A stretch of 64,000 nt of DNA from an uncultured Acidobacteriota bacterium (GTDB lineage: Bacteria; Acidobacteriota; Polarisedimenticolia; J045). Below, one piece after another: positions 60,697 to 64,000 of the stretch. The stretch spans positions 112,704 to 176,703 of the forward strand of contig CAVPCQ010000019.1 of NCBI GenBank assembly GCA_963702425.1, in the 5' to 3' direction. How positions within the stretch are numbered: the first letter of the stretch is position 1; every line of letters begins with the position of its first letter. The notes beneath the pieces were generated by a model, which searched no databases, was not told the origin of the DNA, and saw only the letters and a list, made by a program, of their open reading frames with translations. The position numbers and the translations under genes were made by a program.

Positions 60697-63516
60697 ATGG
60701 TAGGTCGCCGTCTCGCCGTTCTCCTGCTGTTCCCGCTCCTCGCTCTCTTCCCGCCTGCCCGGTCGCAGGACGCCGAGCCTGCTGCCCCGGACGAGACGAC
60801 CCTGTCCGGCACGCAGGACATCTGCGACGGACGGGACAACAACCTCGACGGACAACTCGACGAGGGCTGCGACGCGATCTGTGACAACGCGCGGCTGGGC
60901 TCAACGACGGCGAACCAGTTCACGATCGACGCTGCCGACTCCACGGCGCCGGACATCGCGTTCGCCGGAAACCAGTTCGGGATCGCGTGGATCGACACTC
61001 GAATCGGCTACCCGCAGTTGTGCTTCGCTCGCATGGATCGGAACGGGGCCAAGCTCGGCGCGGACTGGTGCAGTTTCGGGAGCAACGTGACCGGGGTCTC
61101 GATCGGCTGGTCCGGATCCAACTTCCTGGTGGCGGTCGTCGACGCCGGATCGCTGTACTCCGTCCGCTTTGCTCCCAGTGGCGGCTACCAGGGCTACACG
61201 AAGCTCACTTCGAGCGCGACCGCGACCGGGCTGCTCCCGTCGGGGCTGGCCTGGGTAGGCACCCAGTACGTCGTCGTGTGGTCGGACAACCGCAGCGGTG
61301 CGGATCACGTTCGCCTGGCGCAACTGAGCGAGCCCGGCGCGCGCCTCACCGATATCCAGGTCGATTCCGCGTCCGGAACGACCGCGAACGGACCGTCGGT
61401 CACGGCGGGGCAGTGGGGCGCTGCCCCGCCGTACAGCAGTGGCTATGGCGTCGCCTGGCAACAGGGGGACGGCCAGATCTACTTCGCGCGGGTCACCACG
61501 ACGCCCGGCAGGGTCGGAACCGACCTGCTCGTCAGCGCAGGGACGCACGGGAACGGAGGCCCGGTCGTCGCCTGGACGGGCGGCGAGTACGGGATCGCGT
61601 TCAGCACGAACGGGGCAAATCCTCCGATGTACTCGCCCCGAATCGACTTCACCCGCGTCGGCCCGGCCGGAACCGTGATCGCCGGTCCGACGCGCCTCGG
61701 AACCGGCACCAGCACCGGTGGTCCTTCGCTGTCTTGGACTGGCGCCGAGTACCTCCTCTCCTGGAACAGAGACCTGTGCGTCACGGGGTCGTGCAGGGCC
61801 TACATGGCGCGGATGAGCGCGGCGGGTGAGCTAATCGGCGGCTCGTACACCCTCAACAGCAGCGGCGCTTCTGCGAGGACCTCCGTGGTCTGGTCGGGGT
61901 CCGATGTCGCCGTGACGTGGTACGCGAACGGGACCGGGAACAACGAGATCTACACCGATCGGCTGCTCTGCTGCGACGACGCGGACGGCGACCTCTACAA
62001 GGAGTGCGAGAACGATTGGAATGACGCCACGGCCACCGTCTTCCCCGGCGCGTCAGAGACCTGCAACGACGTCGACGACGACTGTGACAGCGCGGTGGAC
62101 GAGGTCTGCGACACCTCATGCGAGGACCCGCGCGGGGCTCCCGCGCTGCGCGTGTCGGTCGCGAACGCGCGAAGTCGTGGGCCGTCGCTGTTGGCCTGGA
62201 GCGGGAGCGGCTACGCGGTGGCGTGGTGCGACGAATCGTGCAACTTCCAACGGCTCGACGCGGCGGGACAGCCCGTCGGCACGACCGCAACAGTGTCCGG
62301 AGCTGAGGAGGTTCGCAGCCTGACCTGGACCGGCAACTGCTGGGGGCTCGCGTACAGGACCGCGTCGGGCGGTGGGCTGATCCGCTTCGACGCCAACGGG
62401 AACGCGCTCTCGCAGCTCTCGGCCGTGAACAGCGAGTACGTCTGGACGGGCAGCGAGTACGGCGGCGCCTACCGGTTCTACGTCGGACCCTCCTACGAGT
62501 GGCGCCTCAACCGGCTCGACGCTTCCGGGACTCAACTCGGCACCCCGATGACGATCGCGGCCGAGTCGCGCTTCGCGTGGAACGGCGCAGGGTATGGCAT
62601 CGTCTACTCCGGCTCCGATCTCACCTTCCGGACGATCGACCCGTTCGGCCTGAACCCGTCGTCGACGACGGTGGTGAGCGCCGGCACCTACGGCACGGAT
62701 CCGGACATCGTCTGGACGGGTGCCGAGTACGGCGTGACGTGGAGCACCCAGCCCCCGGCTAATCCGAACGGCGACATCCGTTTCCGTCGCCTCGACGCCG
62801 GGGGAAACCCGATCGGCAGCGAGCTCGCGATCAACAACTGGACCGGTCACTCCTGGTTCCCGCACATCGTCTGGACCGGTGGCGAGTACGGGATCGCGTG
62901 GCAAGACGACACCGGCGGCGGGAACGTGGTCTTCCTCGCACGGGTCAGCGCGGCCGGGGCCCTGCTCGGTGTGAAGGCGATCTCGGGGCAGGGCTACGAG
63001 GACTCGAATGGCCCAACGCTGGTATGGACCGGACACGAGTACGCGGTGGCGTACATGCATCTCAAGTACAGCGCCCCCGGCGTGCCCGACGGCGAGTGGG
63101 AAACGTGGTTCCAGCGGGTGCCGTGCTTCGGGAACGACGCCGACGGGGACGGCGCCCTCGGGCGCGACGACTGCAACGACCTCGACGCCTCGGTCTGGGC
63201 GCGGCCCAGCGAGGTGCTTGCGCTGACGCTACCGGCCGGCACGACCACCCTGAATTGGTCCGCGCCCGCCTCGCGCGGGGCTACGTCGGTGGTCTACGAC
63301 ACGCTTCGGTCGATCCACCGGGACAACTTCGTCACCGGCGTCGTCTGCATCGAGTCCAACGACGGGTCGAACACGACGGCAACGGATACGACGAAGCCGA
63401 CGGCAGGGGGGTGCTTCTTCTACCTCGTCCGGGCCGAGAACGGGTGCCCCGCGGGCCAGGGGCCGCTCGGCTACCGGTCAGACGGGTACGAGATCGGGGG
63501 GAGGGGCTGCCCGTAG
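60697..63516 (+). CDS. Large secreted protein with MopE-like metal-binding motifs and WTG repeat domains
   Basis: Signal peptide; ICDGRDNNLDGQLDEG and ETCNDVDDDCDSAVDE; repeated WTGxEY; C-terminal YLVRAENGC...GRGCP. Confidence 0.8.
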   Translation: MVGRRLAVLLLFPLLALFPPARSQDAEPAAPDETTLSGTQDICDGRDNNLDGQLDEGCDAICDNARLGSTTANQFTIDAADSTAPDIAFAGNQFGIAWIDTRIGYPQLCFARMDRNGAKLGADWCSFGSNVTGVSIGWSGSNFLVAVVDAGSLYSVRFAPSGGYQGYTKLTSSATATGLLPSGLAWVGTQYVVVWSDNRSGADHVRLAQLSEPGARLTDIQVDSASGTTANGPSVTAGQWGAAPPYSSGYGVAWQQGDGQIYFARVTTTPGRVGTDLLVSAGTHGNGGPVVAWTGGEYGIAFSTNGANPPMYSPRIDFTRVGPAGTVIAGPTRLGTGTSTGGPSLSWTGAEYLLSWNRDLCVTGSCRAYMARMSAAGELIGGSYTLNSSGASARTSVVWSGSDVAVTWYANGTGNNEIYTDRLLCCDDADGDLYKECENDWNDATATVFPGASETCNDVDDDCDSAVDEVCDTSCEDPRGAPALRVSVANARSRGPSLLAWSGSGYAVAWCDESCNFQRLDAAGQPVGTTATVSGAEEVRSLTWTGNCWGLAYRTASGGGLIRFDANGNALSQLSAVNSEYVWTGSEYGGAYRFYVGPSYEWRLNRLDASGTQLGTPMTIAAESRFAWNGAGYGIVYSGSDLTFRTIDPFGLNPSSTTVVSAGTYGTDPDIVWTGAEYGVTWSTQPPANPNGDIRFRRLDAGGNPIGSELAINNWTGHSWFPHIVWTGGEYGIAWQDDTGGGNVVFLARVSAAGALLGVKAISGQGYEDSNGPTLVWTGHEYAVAYMHLKYSAPGVPDGEWETWFQRVPCFGNDADGDGALGRDDCNDLDASVWARPSEVLALTLPAGTTTLNWSAPASRGATSVVYDTLRSIHRDNFVTGVVCIESNDGSNTTATDTTKPTAGGCFFYLVRAENGCPAGQGPLGYRSDGYEIGGRGCP

Positions 63517-64000
63517 AAGAGGCCCGGGGGCACCTCGCGGGTGGGGGCCGCGAGGCGCCCTCCGGGCAAGAACGTCGACTGCGTCACGGGTGCAGCAAGC
63601 AAACGACTTTGAAGCGGCGAGTGATCGCGTTTTCGTCATCGGCAGAGGACATCGAGCGAGTCCGCGGGACGGCACGACTCGTGGAGCAGAGCTTCAGCAA
63701 GGAGGATCTCACGACGAGCGCCCTGCAATGGGAACGCACGGGCAGACGGCGGCCTGAGTCGGCATCGAGCCGAGTGCTCGCCTCAGGCCGCGCGGATCAG
63801 CGAGACGACGGGAAGGTGCGCTCGCCCTTCCAGGTACTGCACCTCGAGCGCGAGCCGCACGCCGGGCCTCCCACGGGCCGGCGCATGGGGCAGGGCACAG
63901 CGTGCGTTGCGCGGCCATCGCGTCCGGGGCTCGAAACGCGGGCGGCCGACAGGCCGTTCGAAGCGGGGACCGCAACCCCGGGCCAGCAGGTCGGGCGCCC

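Overview
GC-rich bacterial window, possibly Acidobacteriota (weak inference from the C-terminal motif of the last gene). It has three parts. (1) A large Wzx/Wzy-type exopolysaccharide locus of the kind linked to exosortase/PEP-CTERM systems (1-4.8, 5.9-7.7, 18.7-22.4 and 26.6-49.6 kb). It encodes a flippase, several GT4/GT2, three deacetylases, two CapK-like ligases, FemAB, AsnB, DegT, Wzy-like, Wzz/GumC, a CpsD kinase and a priming sugar transferase. (2) A nested mobile-element pile-up splitting that locus (4.8-26.4 kb): two IS66 types, IS21, ISL3, ISAzo13, IS256, IS630 and a RIT three-recombinase element. It also holds two copies of an unusual TGT...ACA-ended four-gene transposon (Zn-finger/HTH ORF, Mu-like DDE transposase, ExeA-like AAA+ ATPase, small ORF). 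(3) Ordinary chromosomal genes (TraB, beta-barrel, HDOD, GspE/PilB, M13 peptidase, Fpg/Nei, DsbA, a large secreted protein) with REP-type repeats. Best leads: the four-gene transposon, whose small, possibly DnaT-like last gene also follows an unrelated IS21 istB; a RIT element with perfect 103-bp terminal inverted repeats inserted in a catalytic Asp codon; and apparent RIT targeting of the same codon in two different IS66 tnpB genes. Many frameshifts between 5 and 22 kb may be decay or long-read indel errors. All family calls are from motif recognition by eye; no searches were run.
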